Shown piece after piece: positions 12,489-27,556 of a DNA stretch of 64,000 nt. Position 1 is the first letter of the stretch; each line of letters starts with the position of its first letter. The DNA lies in the NCBI GenBank assembly GCA_905178155.1, contig CAJINV010000023.1:274722-338721 (forward strand), written 5' to 3'. The position numbers and the translations under genes were made by a program. This DNA is from Amoebophrya sp. A120. Taxonomy: Eukaryota > Protista > Dinoflagellata. Under the pieces are notes generated by a model. That model saw only the letters and a program-made list of their open reading frames with translations. It had not been told where the DNA came from and made no database searches.

Positions 12489-15400
12489 AGCAAAATCAAA
12501 ACGCACACAGCTGGCGGCGTCGCTCATTCTATGAACTGCCCAGGGCCAGGTGTTAAAACAGTGTCAGAGTCAGTCTCATTTGTTCTACTCAAGTTTTCAA
12601 CTATACAGACCTGACGAGCTTGGTCTTGCATGACAAGCACTAGCACGACGAGGATTTTCAGAACAAATGCAGTACCTTGATGTGCATGTGGTTTTTGTAT
12701 TATATGCAAATTCTGCCGGGTTTTAGTGGTATTGGTGGTTTCGGCACACGTCATGCGTATTTCTGAAAGAGCAGGCCACACCCACAGCCAGATCTTGCAT
12801 TGTATTTCAAAGTCGAGGGCCTCAAAAGTTTCTTCCCCACCAGACTTTCGATAACCGCGCAGCAGTAGTGTCACTCCTGCGCGCAATTAATGGCCATGCT
12901 GCGGTGCTTTTTCTTTCCATATGAAGCAGGCAAGCTGAGTATCAAGCCGCCGAGCTTTTTTCGATACAGAGAGTATGTGCCACGAGCGTATGCACCGAAA
13001 ACAGAGACACGCACGCGCATCGCATTTGGGCCTAGCCAAAGTTTTGCCGTACATGGGCCATGTACTAGCCAAGCCTTTGCCTAACGTGATGGCTTGGATT
13101 GTGCACTGGCCAGGGCTGGGCATCGTCGCCGCGCCTTGCGCAGCCGCTGGGCTTCCTTGTGTTTTCTCCGGACATACGCGCACTCCATTAGCGCAGCTGT
13201 GCAAGCCGGCCCGAGTGCGTGCCTGGGCTCGGTGCTGTAGCTGGAGGCGGTTCGCGCTATGCAGTGGGTGCCGCGAAGGATGGCGCAGCTAGCTTCTGCC
13301 CAGCGCGCACCCACCCCGCCCCCGGCCTTCTCGGCTGAGTTTTATTTTTTTTTCAGCCACCAGGGGCCAGTGGGCGTGTGCTGATGCTGTGGCGGCGTTT
13401 CCCTGGATTGGGTTCCGGCTGTCGCTCCTTTTCAGGGCCTGGCCCCTCTCTGGACAGGTTGGTGGGCTGCCTCCCCGAGTAGATTCGACGCACACCGGGA
13501 CGACGTTGCTCGCGCATCTGGGGATAGCTATTGCAGCGCCCCTCTCTTGCCAAACCTGCCCGCATGCACGCCGCTACCCCTTTGGGCCCCGTCAGGGCAG
13601 GGCCGCCTGGAGTTGTTTGTGTATCCACACCGGAGGCAGCGGCGCTGGGTTGCCACGGCTGCGTACGAAAGGCAAGGGGGACAAAGACTGCAGTCCTCGT
13701 CGCAATAACAAACAGAAACAGCACAAGACAAACAGCGCCGCCACTCGGGCGCGTCGAGGGCGCAGGCCCCCATACCAAAGTTAATACTTGTCGACGCAAA
13801 CAAAGCCGCCCCCTCCGCAAAGCTTTGCGCCGCCCTTGCTCATGCGTTGGTGGTGTGTGTCTTCCCTCTGTCATAAAGTGGTGGCGATGAGTATGGGGCG
13901 CACAGGTCAAGTTCAGCTTCAGCACGATTATGACGTCGCTTTTCTACTGGGAGAAGTAGTTGCTCTCGCTCTGGCAGGTCGGTCGCGGTGTGCGTGAGGC
14001 TCTCTCACGGGCGCTCTCGGCGCCTCGTTTATTTGTATTGGTGTTGAGCAGGGTCGGATGAATCCTCGCGATTTGTATTGGTGCGTGAGCACGTATCACG
14101 TATATGCCAGGAGAAAAGCCTTGCAATTTGGTTTCTTTTTCATTGTGAAAGCAGGAGCCGAACGGATTGCGCGCTCCATAATCAACCGCGATCTTTTTGC
14201 GTTGGGAGTGCTGATATTGCAAATATCTGCTCGAGACCGTCACCAGCAGTTTTGGCCGCCAAACGTCATCCAAGAAGGTGATGGCGACGCAACCAATGCG
14301 CGCATGTTGTCTTACATAGGAAAATGAACCCTCACATCAACCAGCGAGCACTGCCACTGCGGCATATTGATTCAATTACACACACTCCTCCAACATATTT
14401 GCTTTTGCATTTGGTCTAACAAAATTCGAATTCTCCAGTGCAAAAAAATAAGAACTAGTTGGCACGAGAATGCGCACGCATCGCCAAGGTGCGCATGGCC
14501 TTCTTATTTTGGGACCCGATTACCGTGCCGCGATAGCGGTATACTCCAACCCCGGCCGACGAACGTGCTTCCTGCTTCAGCTAGATTTTGCATTTATTTG
14601 CGTTGGAGTTTACTGTTCCGTGTTGGGCTCGAAGCCCTTGCACCTCACCAAGCCGGCAGTCGTTACGTCGACATTTTTTTTGCAGCGCCGGCTGCGATAA
14701 AGCTGGTTGATTTTCAATGCCATACAGTGTCGCGCAAAATGACAGGGAGAACCCAACCTGGGTGCGGGATCGAATCAGATCAGTAACGAGCGAGCACGAT
14801 CAGCGCCAAAACAGTGGTCGGGTTCCTGGCGGCGCCGTCATTGAGGAGCTTCTCACTGATGTTTCCCACGTACAGTCGCGATCTTCGTCATTTTGTAATG
14901 CTGCGCTGAGATGTGATGACTATTCCTTTTATTTTTCTTTGTATGTAACCGAAACTGCAGCTGCGCGAGCAGATGCAGTAGGGTTCCACCTTCAAACAGA
15001 AACGATTAACATTTGAATTACACTACAACGCATGAAAATTTGACGAAGATGACGACTTTGCACAGGATGAGACGGGGGTGAAGACTAGTTGCGTAGCGTG
15101 GACGACTACCGCTCTTTTTTCTTCATCGATTCTGGCTACAGCTACTCCGACAGGGCATCTGTGTCCGTTCTAACGACGCAGGCGGCTTTTGGTTTTAAAT
15201 CTTAACCTCGCAAACGCTAGCCAAAAGGCACGACTTATATGCTTGCAAAAGTTTGGGCTTTGGCTTTTCCGAATCCGATTAATTCGCTGGCTCACTTCAG
15301 CGTGAGCATACTTACAACACTGAAGTGCTTCTCATCTACCTTCAATCAAAGACAAAACCGAGTACGATTTAGATGCTTCGCGCCAGAGTTAATACTACAG

Positions 15401-16632
15401 TTTTGAAACCAATGTCGACGCTGACACTTGAGGTTCGAAAATCATTGTCGCGCTGCTGATCCTGGTGCTACGCTTTGGCATCATTGAGGAGAAACAATCG
15501 CGGTAGATCATTTAGATTAGCCCTAATGTAAATCAGAGTGCTCCGGAGCCCGCAGATGCGCTTTTGCGCCGTAGTATATATTTTCTTATCAGCAAATACC
15601 AATTTGAAGTATTTTGTTTTTACACTATCATATATACAAAAGCGCTGGAAAAATTGGCCATAACGAATAAAATGTAGGGACTTTTTCTGGCCAGCGACGT
15701 ACAACTCATGGCTCTGGCGCTGGACTAGATCCGGTGCCAAAAGCCGCGCTTTTCCTTGTTCCATCGGTGCACATTTGCGCCGCAACAACTTGAACTTAAA
15801 GCTATACAATACTATGACAAAAGGACGAGGCGCCCACAGTTGCAAGCAAAAGCGCTGCATCTGCGAGATCCGATTGCGCCAATAATGATGCTGTGTCGCT
15901 TCTCCAGCTTTGAATTCTAAATCCAATTCTTTATTTATAATGTGTTTTTAGCACGTGTAGTTTGTTCGAGGCAGTCGTTGGTTTTTGGTGGTGCCGTTCC
16001 CAGATACAAGTCGCGGCCCCCTTTGCGAAAAGGCTTTAAGTGCGAACGCAATGCGTTGTGACAAAAATGGGGTTCCAAGATCACGACAAGCTGTGCAGCC
16101 GCACCCTTTCTTCTTTCGCCACTGACTATGCACACCACAGGACACCCGAAGAACAGGGAGGCCCATGAAGCGCCGGCGCGCGTCGGTGGGGAACTCGCGG
16201 TGGGGCGGCAGCTGTATGCTTGTGCAAAAATTATATCATAGATATTGATCAACATTCCGCCTACCACTTTTTTCATGCAATCTTGCAAGGGCTCCAAGCG
16301 GGGTGAGCGTGAGCAATATATAAAGAATTTTGGTTTTCTGTTCTTGCATGCTGATTGCTAGGCTTTGCAGTTCTGAACAAGACCAGCATTTCGATTCGTA
16401 TTGGGCCCCCGGGCAGATGGACGACACTGCGACGTTGATTGTGCTTCGTTGTGACTATCGGTCTTGCACAGCAAGGGGGCCGTCCAGAAGTGACTCAACA
16501 CAGACAAATCAAATACCAGCTGTGCCTGTGACGGTAGGCCGTGGCACAATGAAAAATCGCAGCTGTGCGTATTCTTGCTGGTCTGCGCTTTTCTTCTGGT
16601 ACTGTGCCACGAGGCTAAAAGTGGCAGGGTGA

Positions 16633-19600
16633 ATGAATGATAAACGCGATAAGGCCCCCGACGCAGCTGTTACCGTTACGCACGAGAAATCGCATGGAAA
16701 GACTCCAATCGGTTGCCAAAGTTACGAGGCAAGTAACGTGGGCCGCATAGAAGAAGCTGCACCCGGGGCGCGCGACGTCTGTGATCTGCTAGAGCAATGG
16801 AAAGGATTGCCGCTTTCAGCGAAAATTTCTGCGAACAGTTCAGCCTCGAATTTCGCCGCAAGAAATGATGCCGTTCTCGCAGTGGCAGTGCGGCATACGA
16901 GCTGTGGAACTCCTGCAGGTGTTGTTCCGAAGGGTCGAGAATGTCATCAACAGGTGCCGCACCAGTGTGAGCCTAGCCATCCGCTCGAAGAGTCCGGCAG
17001 CGCAACCGGTGGGATCTCCCGACGACGCAGCTTGAACCAATCTTCTAGCGCACGTCATAGCAGTAGCAGGTCCGACGATAGCGACCGGCGGCTGTCGGCG
17101 GCCACCGACGTCGCAACCGCGAACCGAACAAGGCCGCGCCCATCAGAAAGCGGCTCTGCAAATGAGAACGGACAATCGGGCAGCCTTGCCACCACAATGG
17201 AAAACCTTCGAAAAGCTTCGCTACGGCAGCTTCTCGAGTACGTCTCTCGCTGTGTAGCGGAGCTCATGCAGCATCGAAAACACGACATGCACGTCAGCGA
17301 AGCTACGGCTGGCAAACGGAACCAGTCGTGGAACCAGATCTCGCTCGTCAGGGTGCTAGCGACCCTGGCCGAACTACTACGCGAAGCAGCCAGTGCATCA
17401 CCCTTACCGAACTGGACGAACGAACTTTCCACGTACAAGGAGATGCTGGAGGAGTTATTTCAAACATGCGTGGAGTCGGTCGGCTTGTGGATGGCGCAGT
17501 ATTCGAAGAAGAATATCGTGTGTCAAAACATCCCCAAATCCTCCCCAGAAACAGCTCTAGAGCACAGATTTGCACTTCCGAAAATAGTTGTGAAGTAGTT
17601 TACTAGACGTTTGCGTCGCAGCTTTCCTTGAAAAGCAAGCTCAGATAGTATTTGGCACTAATTAACCGGGATAGGTGCTGGGGCAATGGGTTTGTGATGC
17701 TATTACGGTATGCGGACCCAAAGTTGTATACTGGCACTTGCAATTGCAACGCTGCATGTGCGAGCTATTATTTTAAACCAGAACATACATCTTGACTATT
17801 CTGGGGTGGGTAGGGGTACGCTTTTACACAGGATAAAGAAACGTGCGAGGCTATGTTCGGCCCCGAACCGAATCGGAGGGTTCCAGCCAGTCCAAATGCT
17901 GGCTCTTTTCGAAGCGATGGATACCGCTGGACGTGCAATTCCAGACGGCAAAGGGTACCCGTTGGCCCACATGTTGTACCTGCTGCAGAAAGCTGGATGG
18001 GTCGGCTTTTCCGCACTAGGACTTGCGAACTCCGCTCGAGCGCTAAAGAAGATCACCTCCGCAGACACGCATGCAAAAACGCTGGAGAGCATGTGCGCGA
18101 GTCGCGTCACAACCGTATCCAGCGAAACTCGGATGAAGCACGTACCTGTCGAACAAGAATTGTGGGGCGATATCCGCTTGCTGCATGCTGTGCTGCTGCA
18201 CCTCAGCGAAGAGAACGACCAGTGGCGGGACCAGTCTAACCTAACGGGAAAAGCCGCGGCATTCGGCTTCAAGATACTCAGGGCATGCGCCAATCCCGGA
18301 TCGCTAGAATCCGTGGCTAATCTTCATTGCCGCGAAGTCGTTTTGCGGCTTCTCGTCTGGTCCGTGGCGCGGGTCTTCCGACTCACCCCCTTCGAGGTTT
18401 CAGGAGCAGCCGGACCGATCCGCACAACAGCAGAGAAGCGGTGTTGGCAGGTCGGCGACCTTGACCCAACTTTCACCGCAGGCGCCCGTGCAATTTTACG
18501 GCTTGCGGAAAAAGCCGCATCGCAGCAAAGGATTGGCGTCGAGCTCGGCTTTTCCATCGTGCATCTGCTCCGCGGCATGAAAGCGACATGCTGGAGATCG
18601 GGACGCATTCTCATGGCCTTATTGTTGGAGAACTTGAACTCGAAGACGCTGGACAGCCACTCGAACTCCAACAAGTGCAGCAAGCTTATCGAAATTCTGC
18701 AGCATTGCGCGCACTACGGCACCCATCTCGACCTCGTGCCGGAAATGAGAACTCTTCTCCGGCGCGCGTTGTTGTCAGGAGGGTGTCACCTCAGCTTGAC
18801 TGCAGTTCAGGAGGTGGAGGTGCTGTGGAGTGCAGTCGTCATCGCCAGTTCTCGCCAGCAGAAGAACACCGGCATCCTGGGACCTACTTCGTGTGGCGTC
18901 CTTGTCAACGGCCAACTCCACCAAAGCGCGTCTCTTCCCGGAAATACCACGCAAGAAACTGGGCGGCTATCCATAGTATCAGGAGATGCGCATGTGTCTG
19001 GGTCTGCAGAATTATCTTTATCTTCATTCTAAGTACTACTTAGTCGACAAAAAAACACTGCAATTCGGAAGCAACAAAGATGACCAGCTTTATTTGCTAT
19101 TGGACACTGGCGGGGGCCACGCGTCTCTCTCTCTACTTATGTGACTGAGCCGCATGACGATGACAAAGACAAGTTCGAGTTGCCTTGGCATTATATTTGA
19201 AGAATAAGAATAAGTAGAAAAATAGAAAATCAAAAACGACATCGTAGCGCAACGACAGTGAAAGAATTTCTTTTCCGTCAGCCAGAGCTGCAACTGGTAC
19301 TAACCATGAAGCATAACACGCCTGCTTTGCTCCAGACACAAACATGTTTGTGTGTCATCTAGGTTGGCGAGCGCCACCGACTGTCCCGAACACACAAAAC
19401 TCCTCCACGACGCCAGACGCGCATATGATTTGTGTGCTGGGAAGCTAACTAAAACGGTTCTTCCGGTGGAACAGCGATCGAAACTGGTGCTCGTGGCACT
19501 CGTTCTGGGCAGGACAGTGCCGGAGAGTCTTCGCCGTATCGCGGCAGGTGACGTCAGGGCAGTTTCGCATGTGTCGAACACCCAAATGCGGGTGCACTCG

Positions 19601-20044
19601 AAGATTTCGGCCGCGTTGCACCACTTCTCGCAGCCCATGATCGCGGTGCAGGAGGTGCCGTGCCTCGATGGGCTACTTGCTCCGGTTGACATCCTGATAA
19701 AGCCGCGGCCGCCCAGCAACCAGAATGGAATCGCGCATGACAGATCTGTCGTCGTTGAAGTGGACGGGCCTCACCACTTTTACGAGATTTTGGACGCGGA
19801 AGACCACGGAGCCGGAATGCCAATGACATTCTACACAGGGCCAAGCGTATTGCGGCACGAGGTCCTACGACTGCACGTCTCTCCAGTTGTTCACCGCGTG
19901 CGGCACTTCGCGGAAAAAGCTGACGTAGATAGCACCATGGACACATTACGCGACATCTTATCTTCGCAGCAGGGTTGTGAAGATGTGCAGGGAGTAAATG
20001 GCAGCGGCTTTGTGCCTATGAACATGCAAGAGCATGATGCCTAA
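16633..20044 (+). CDS. RAP-domain protein (multi-exon; ORFs 16633-17598, 17710-19032, 19352-20044)
   Basis: C-terminal VDILI...VVVEVDGPHHF...TGPSVLRHEVL matches the RAP domain pattern. Upstream co-oriented helical ORFs are separated by AT-richer gaps. Joining them into one gene is inference and the intron borders are unresolved. Confidence 0.6.
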
Positions 20045-21199
20045 TAGGCTTCCAAGCTGTCTTAAGTTTCAGCAACAGACCGAAAACACATGCGGTCCTA
20101 GCTACAGTCACAATAAGAGCTTTTTTTGTTACTTACAGATGTTGATGCTGATCCAAGATCGTCCACTGCCTAATTCTCTAGGGATACAATTGCAACTTTG
20201 CACTCGTAGCAAACTCTTTACACAATTTAGAGCTTTTTTTGAAATCAATGCACCGCGAACCCGGGGTCCAAATGGCGCCCGGCATTTTTTTTTCTTTTAG
20301 AAAGTCAGATAAGTTTTAGAAAGTCGAGCGCGGCGCAACACTGCATATATCAACAGCCTCTTGTTACTTGTCCACCCAGTTCCCAGCGTGATGGTTCGGC
20401 TGGACGCTGGCCAGCCACAAAAGCACCTGTAGTTACAGAGACCCCACAGAAAATTGTTTCAGGCACCTGCAAGAAGTGTAAAAATTTGTCCGGAGCGCAA
20501 CTGCAGAAGTTGCAGATAGGTCAATTGATTACTGGGAAAATTATTTTTGCAGGGTAACGGAAGCTCGTCCCGCGACATCATTTTTTTAGAGAATTAGATG
20601 CGCCGGACGTCCGCTATGAATTTTTTACTTTTGAAGCAAGAATTTTTTCCAAGAAAACACGAACGGAAACGAATGCCAGAAAGAAATCTAAAATAAAAAC
20701 TCGAATCATCTACTGAAAACGTGGATATTATCTCTAGCAGTCACACCTTTCTTGACCTCAGCAGCTCTTTCAACATTTGTCGGCACGCATGTTCTTGCGC
20801 GACCAGCCGCAAAACCAATACGCTTGGAGAAAGAGCAGCCGCGCTTTCCTAGGAGTGACTAGTCGCTCTCCTGCTCTTGGGGTCAGAAAGTGATTTGCGA
20901 ATCGATGCAGAGACTTTTTTGAATACGCGGGCGCGCCGTGACTCCATCCATGCGTAAGTCCACAAAAGCGTGGCTATGCAGGAGTCCGAGAAAATATTTT
21001 TTCGCACCCCTTTCTACCATCTGGTTTGCAAGTAGCACAAATTGAAGCTTTATCGAGCTATGCAACTTTATCAGAACTGTTTTTCTTTTTGCTGCAGCGC
21101 AGTTTTTCAATTTTCAATAGAGAAAGTTAGTAATGAAAAGCCGCTATATAATTTATAGAAGGACTGACGTAGATGCATTTGCTTTTTTCGTGGCGGGCC

Positions 21200-23050
21200 T
21201 GAAGCGCAATCGCTTCCAAGGGCAGGCGCAATGGAGGGCATACAAGTTCGAGTTTTCAAAACAAAATCACGAAAGTCAAGAACAGAACAAAAACAAAAAT
21301 TTAGTGCATGCGGTAGCGCGTTTTGAAAAGGCAGCCAAAGGGGGAACGGAGGCCCAATCGTAAACGGAGAGTGTTCACATTGGTTTGTGTTCGCAACGAC
21401 TACAGCCAGAGGCGCAAGCTTTTGCACCCAAAACTCACAAAAAGCTGAGAAACATTTTATCCGCGCTTTCTTTCTAGCCGTGGGTGGTGGAATCTCGAGT
21501 TGTACCAGGCAAATTGAATTGATTTGATTTGGCGTGCCTTCGATTTTTGGAAAAGGAGGCCCAAAGCCTCCGCTGCCACCCCGTTTTCGGCATCGACACT
21601 GATCTTAGCATGCGGAGTAAATACCGTCTCAGCTTTTTTAATATCACAGTGAGAGTGAACAAGGCCGAGGACTAAATGAAAATAAGAACTTTCCACATGA
21701 TATGTCGCATTTTGTAAAGCCAGCCGGAGGGGTGGCGGAGGCCCAATCGTAAGCAGAAAGCGTTCGCGATAGGTCGTGCTTGCAAGTCCAAGCAGAAATA
21801 CAAACTTTGGCTCTCATCGTTGACAAAAAGCACATTGACACTTTTTCCGCATGCTCCTGGGGTTTTTGTAGGGCACTTCGAAACCTCCGCTACCCCTCCG
21901 TAGTTGGCTTCGATATTGCCCATAGCATGCGGAAGAGATAGCGTTTGAGTTTTGGTAGGAAAGTAAGCAACGCCAAGGACTGAACGCAAACAAAAACTTG
22001 CTGCATGGTATGGCGCATTTTGTAAATCCTGGCGGAGGGCTAGCGGAGGCCCAATCTTAAGGAGGAAGCGTTCGCTTTGGGTCGTGCTTGCAAAAACAAG
22101 TAGAAAAGCAAGCTTTCCCTTTCAGCATTGACAAAAAGCGCATGGACACTGTTTCCGCATGCTCCTGCGGTTTTTGTGGGGCACTTCAAAACCTCCGCTA
22201 CCCCTCCGTGGTCGGCCTCAATGTTGGCCATAGCATGCGGAAAAGATAGCGTTTGAGTTTTGGTAGGAAAGTAAGCAACGCCAAGGACTGAACGCAAACA
22301 AAAACTTGCTGCATGGTATGGCGCATTTTGTAAATCCGAGCGGAGGGGTAGCGGAGGCCCAATCTTAAGGAGAAAGCGTTCGCTTTGGGTCGTGCTTGCA
22401 AAAACAAGTAGAAAAGCAAGCTTCTCCTCTCAACATTGACAAAAAGCGCATGGACACTGTTTCCGCATGCTCCTGCGGTTTTTGTGGGGCACTTCGAAAC
22501 CTCCGCTACCCCTCCGTAGTTGGCTTCGATATTGCCCATAGCATGCGGAAGAGATAGCGTTTGAGTTTTGGTAGGAAAGTAGGCAGCGCCAGTGACTGAA
22601 TCCCAGCAAACGTTTGCTGCGTGTTGATATGGCGCATTTTGTAAAAGCGAGCGGAGGGATAGCGGAGGCGCAATCGCAATCGTAAGCGGAAAGCGTTCGC
22701 GCTGGATCGTGCAAGTAGAAGCAGAGAAGCAGCCTCTTGCCTTCAAAGTTTAGAAGATAGAAATAGACAGACATCTTTACCGCGCGCCCCTGCGGTTTTT
22801 ATAGTCCACCCCCAGGCCTCCGGCATCCCTCTGTAGCCGGCCGGCATCGAGATCTATCACAGCAAGCACAGAGCACATCACTTCGATTGTGGTTTGGAAG
22901 TTCAAGTTGGCAAACGAAATCAAAAGCGCAATTTGATTTGCCGTGCGGCGCGCTTCTTTTGGTACACCCGGCGGGGGATAAGTAGCAGAGGCCAAAGAAT
23001 GGCAAAGTAGTGGCTTTCAAAAGCTTACTCGTTTGCAACCTTTGAAACCA
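21200..23050. repeat. 308-bp satellite array 1 (about 5-6 units, degenerate ends)
   Basis: Motif ggaggggtagcggaggcccaatc recurs near 21726, 22034, 22342, 22653, and its inverse cctccgctacccctccg lies between copies. Period 308. Confidence 0.85.
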
Positions 23051-23198
23051 CGCAGAAGTGGAAAAATGCATGCCCGCACGTTGCAACCTTTTGCGCTTTC
23101 AGTTACGTCGCCGAAAGTTAAAAACCAAGTCCAGGACAAGCTTACCGACAAGAAGTCAAGTGCCGGGAACGCATATTAAAATGCGATAATATACCTGA

Positions 23199-23473
23199 CA
23201 TCAAATGCAAATATGTCTGGGTCTGGAAGAGTGCCAGACCTGTCATGCAGGTTTTTCATGATCATGACCCATGAGGAGGTCTGGTATGGACGACATAGCA
23301 TGACAGATTCTGTGAGAGCTCTATCATACCTATCCTGAGTGAGAAACTGCCTCTCGATTAAGTCAAAAGTGGACAGCTTTTGGTAATCACGCACCGAAAA
23401 TATACATGATAATGATTCAGATTTCGCATGACAATTTGCTTTGTTCCAGACCCAGACACTTTTGCATTTGACA
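23199..23473. mobile_element. Introner-like element, family B
   Basis: TIR catcaaatgcaaatatgtctgggtctggaa / ttccagacccagacacttttgcatttgaca. TSD cctga/cctga. Confidence 0.85.
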
Positions 23474-25080
23474 CCTGAAGCCCATGATCGCCTTCGATTG
23501 AAAAAAAGGAAAGCCGGTGAGAAACTTAAAGACATCGATATCTGGTGCGGATGGTGTGGCTCCTCCACCTTGCCTTGTTCTTCGGAAAGCGAAAGCGAAC
23601 TGCCTGTCCGGAATTTTCACAAGTGATCACCTATTGCACACAGTTGTATGCGGGCGAAAGACAAAGATTTCATCTTTAGGTTTCTTTGATTGAGATGAGG
23701 CCAACTACTACTCAAGGATCATCTGCTGTCTTTGCTTTCCCCGGGCCCCACTAAGTAACGCCAAGCAGTTTTTACTTTCCTAGGTGACTTGATTCCGCCC
23801 CTGTTCCTTCGGCTTTCCCGGCTGCACAATTTCGGAGGACATGCAGAATTTAGATCTCGGGTTTTCAGGGTATTGGCTGATATCCACTTTGCAGTTCATA
23901 GGCAGAGCCACATTAAGGCACGGGGGTCAGCAGCGAAGCGATACTTGGTGAACGACGCAGCAAACGCAAATCCACATCCAACCCGGTGTAATACGAAACT
24001 GAGTTTCCGGCCGCTCACGGAAGACGATTTGGACGGTGCGCTTTTCAGTGGTTCTTCAGCTGCTTTTACTAAGTAATGCTTCCTCTGAAGAATATGGTTG
24101 TCTTCACTATCAGTCTTTCATTTGTCGTCGTAATTCTATTTCACCGTAGCTGAGCTGTTTTTGATCGCTGGCCACCGTCTAGGCTTATAAATCGCATTTA
24201 GATGATAATTCTGCACAGTCCGGAAGAAGAGATCCAATACTCGATGAGCACACTGAAAAAGATGTATACAGAGAGAAGGGCGTTTGTATTTCTGTGTATC
24301 TTTGTATTTCTTGGCATTCCTGTCGCGTCGTGCTACACTCATCGTTGCAGCTTTGGGTCGTCGATCGCTCGTTTTTCGTTTGAAAAGGGTATTTCATTTT
24401 CGTACAACTTTGCGTGTTTCTTCCTCACCACGTATACGTCTCTTTTCCATCGGCAGGATAATGATGATCGCCATCGTGCAAAGACCAACATGACTATACG
24501 ATCTTGGACGAAGCAGAGCAGAACTGGATGATGTTGAAGTTGATGCGAAGCCAGACACCAACCCTACAATTTCAATTATATCTAGGCAGCAGTACCACAG
24601 CCCACTCTGCTGCTGTAGGTTTTTTGTTTTTCTGGAGGTGGTCGTAAAGACAACAATAAGACGACTTTCCTTGCAACATGATTGTAGTTTCGGAGGAACG
24701 AAAGATTCGCCGTAGTCTGATTTTTCTGGGGGTGTTGAGCACTAGCACTTCTACCAAATGAATTTATAGAACGGCTATGTCGTCGTTACTTCCCGTTCTG
24801 GAGATTCTGTAGTGCCAGAAGTTTTTGATTAAAGGACCTTCAAGCATGCTGATGCTAAAGCTAAAGTAGCTAGAGGAAGTATTAGGTGCGTCACGAATTC
24901 TTCCGAAGTTCGTTTGGCATCATCCCATAAATACCCGAAGCTACTGCCTCCCTGATATGAGCACTACAGATAGTATTCTTGTCGCTGTAGTACACTTTAT
25001 ACTTTCTTGATTATCAGTGTTGAAACCCGAACCGCAGTAGCACAGAATCAGCATATCCCTCCGACGAAAGAAATATCAAG

Positions 25081-27556
25081 ATGCTCGCACAAGTATTTTT
25101 GTTGGCTGATGATCTCCTCGGCTCGACAAGTGGGAATGCAAATCGGGAGGCGCAAGCAGGGATACTGTATTATCTGGGTTCCGCGGTCTGGGTTGCACTC
25201 TGCGTGATTTGGCTCGCGCTTTTGATGAAATTCGCCGAGGATCTGAACAGGCGGAGAGCTGCTCACCAGCTGCGACAATCTATAAGTAGAGGCGGCACAG
25301 CAACGCCGATCGCTTTTGGGACGGAGTTGGACTTCCCTCAAGACGGCTCCGAGAATCAAAATGCTGCTCCTCGGCATGCCAGATACTTCCTGGCCCGCGA
25401 CCGCGATCGTCAAGTAGCGGCTGCTCGTGAAGGTAGCGAGCCACCGGCGCCTCACGAAGACGTAAACTCGCCTACGGGAGCAGTGCCTGCTTCCAACAAG
25501 AATATGAGCATGGTCCTGGCAGTTGGAGATGAAATCCTTCCCAGTCCGCAGGACAGCACAAGCGGGAACACGCAGAGCCGCCTCCAGCACGGCGCCTCGG
25601 CTGTCCTCCATCGACTGACAGCTATTGCTACTGTGAGGATGCAGTTTGTCATCGGTGCGTCGGCTTTGATGCATGCGAGCCTTCTGAGCTACGACCTCTT
25701 GATTCTCCACTACTTGTGCACCCCGTTCATCGACAATCCATGTGTGTACCTGTGCATCGGACGCTGCCTTTTGGTGCTGCTCCACGCTGTGGCGAAGTCC
25801 GGCGCTTTTGAAGCTTTCCTCCGACAATGGGTCTTTCATCCGCGTATTCACGTGATCTTCGATTTCCGCCAGGCCTGGATGATATTCCTTGTTTACGCCG
25901 ATCGCGTGCGCGACATCGGCAAGTACCTTGCTGCCGAAGATCCGGGTCGAATTGAAACGGAAAAAGTTTTCGTTCGCTTCAGTGACATGAATGGCCAGAC
26001 CGTTGCCGACGGCCAAAGCGACGCGGATTTGCTATCCACAGCGGATGGGAGAAAAGCGGAGTTCTACCGACTTGCAACCAACGTACTAAACGACCTGTCC
26101 CTGCGCGCGGATCTCGAGTCTGCCCTCGAAAAAGTCGACAGCCCGTTTCTGCATGTGGATCTCAGCATGCCGCAGATCGAAGGCTGGCGCGTCGGCCGGC
26201 GGTACCGTGTGATCTTTCGAAGAGAGGTCATGGAGCAATCGTCGAAAACAGGCGGTGGATTAGTCGGACCAAAAACCATGGAGATCCGCGTCTACTCCAG
26301 CGGCAGGGCAATGATCACTGTGGACGGGAAAAAGCACGGCGACGCAGGAAGCATTGCAGCCTGGCACGCCGTCCACGACCTGCGTCGTAACAACAAGGGG
26401 CGGTCCGCGCCTGCGTATTTGCTGGTTACGTGTTTCGGAAACAACTTTGCGATGCGCTGTGACAATCATACATGTTCTTGCCCCTGTAAACGAGAGATAT
26501 GCTTGGAACGCGTTATGTTATTGAACAACGGGAGAAACGCTTGCAGCGCTGAGAATTGTTGTGAATCAAAACTTAAACAGGTTTAAATGGCTGCGGGAAA
26601 GCATGCGCCGTTCATCTTACAGCGATTTTCTAACAGCAGTTGACCGACCCGAGTGGACAGCTCCTCGTATCTCCTACACCATCGAGGAACAGCGGTCCGG
26701 TGAGCCACAGCCACCGTCTGCTCCGCATGAAATTGACGATAACTCGCTTTCCGACACGAACTACATCGCGACCTTGTATGTTCTACCGCGCTTCCAGCTC
26801 GGCGCTAGTGGCTTGCACGACGACACGGCCGCACGGCCAGACGCGGCGGAGCGAGACCAGCAATACGCTGAGGCGTGTGCCTTTGTGCAGGCAGTCCAGC
26901 AGTTTACCAAGGTGTACGCTACCCACTCGACCGAGGATTTAAAATCAACCGGGCTGTTGGGCTTCGACGCGGATGATGACGAACTTGTCCGACACTACTA
27001 CAACGCAATAGCGTCCTCCGACGCAGCCGTCTTCAAAAACTTCGAGCACCCCTGCGTTGTCATCCCGAGAAGGACCCGAAACGGAGGCTCACGACTCCGA
27101 CAGTACGCCGCTTTTCAATGGTACTACCACGGAAATTGGGACTTCACCTCCCCCGCCGGAACCACCGCAGCACACCTCTCGTACGAGCACTACAGGGCAA
27201 AGCTCTTTGATGAGAGCCAATGGATTCGGGCAGCGCACTACATGCGATTTCGGCGGAGCGACGAAATGCGACCGCAACGACAACGGGACACGAATACCCA
27301 GCACGATGATCGCACGGGGCAGACCGGAGATGAAGGCTACAGCTTGGCTTTCTACTCCGAAGACGAACTTGCCGCGGAAGTGGGAGAGGAAGAGCAGGTC
27401 GGGGAGGCAGCAGGTGGAACCCAGAAGTTGGCAACGGTGGAAATGAAGGTCCTGACGAAGTTTGACGCCGCAAAAGCATCTACATCACGCGAGCCACCGA
27501 CCCGGGCCCAGATGCTGCGCGGGTACGAGCGCCATTTCGTCAAGTATCTGTCGTAA
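25081..27556 (+). CDS. Hypothetical multi-pass membrane protein, paralog of 37911-40873
   Basis: ORFs 25081-26586 and 26561-27556 join in frame through a GT-AG intron at 26415-26580. Hydrophobic N-terminal segments. Shared motifs with the paralog: FVRFSD, SPFLHVD, RYRV.FR.EV, EIR.YSSGRA..T.DG.KHG.AG.IA.W, LY.LP.F, GFDA....L..YY. Confidence 0.75.
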
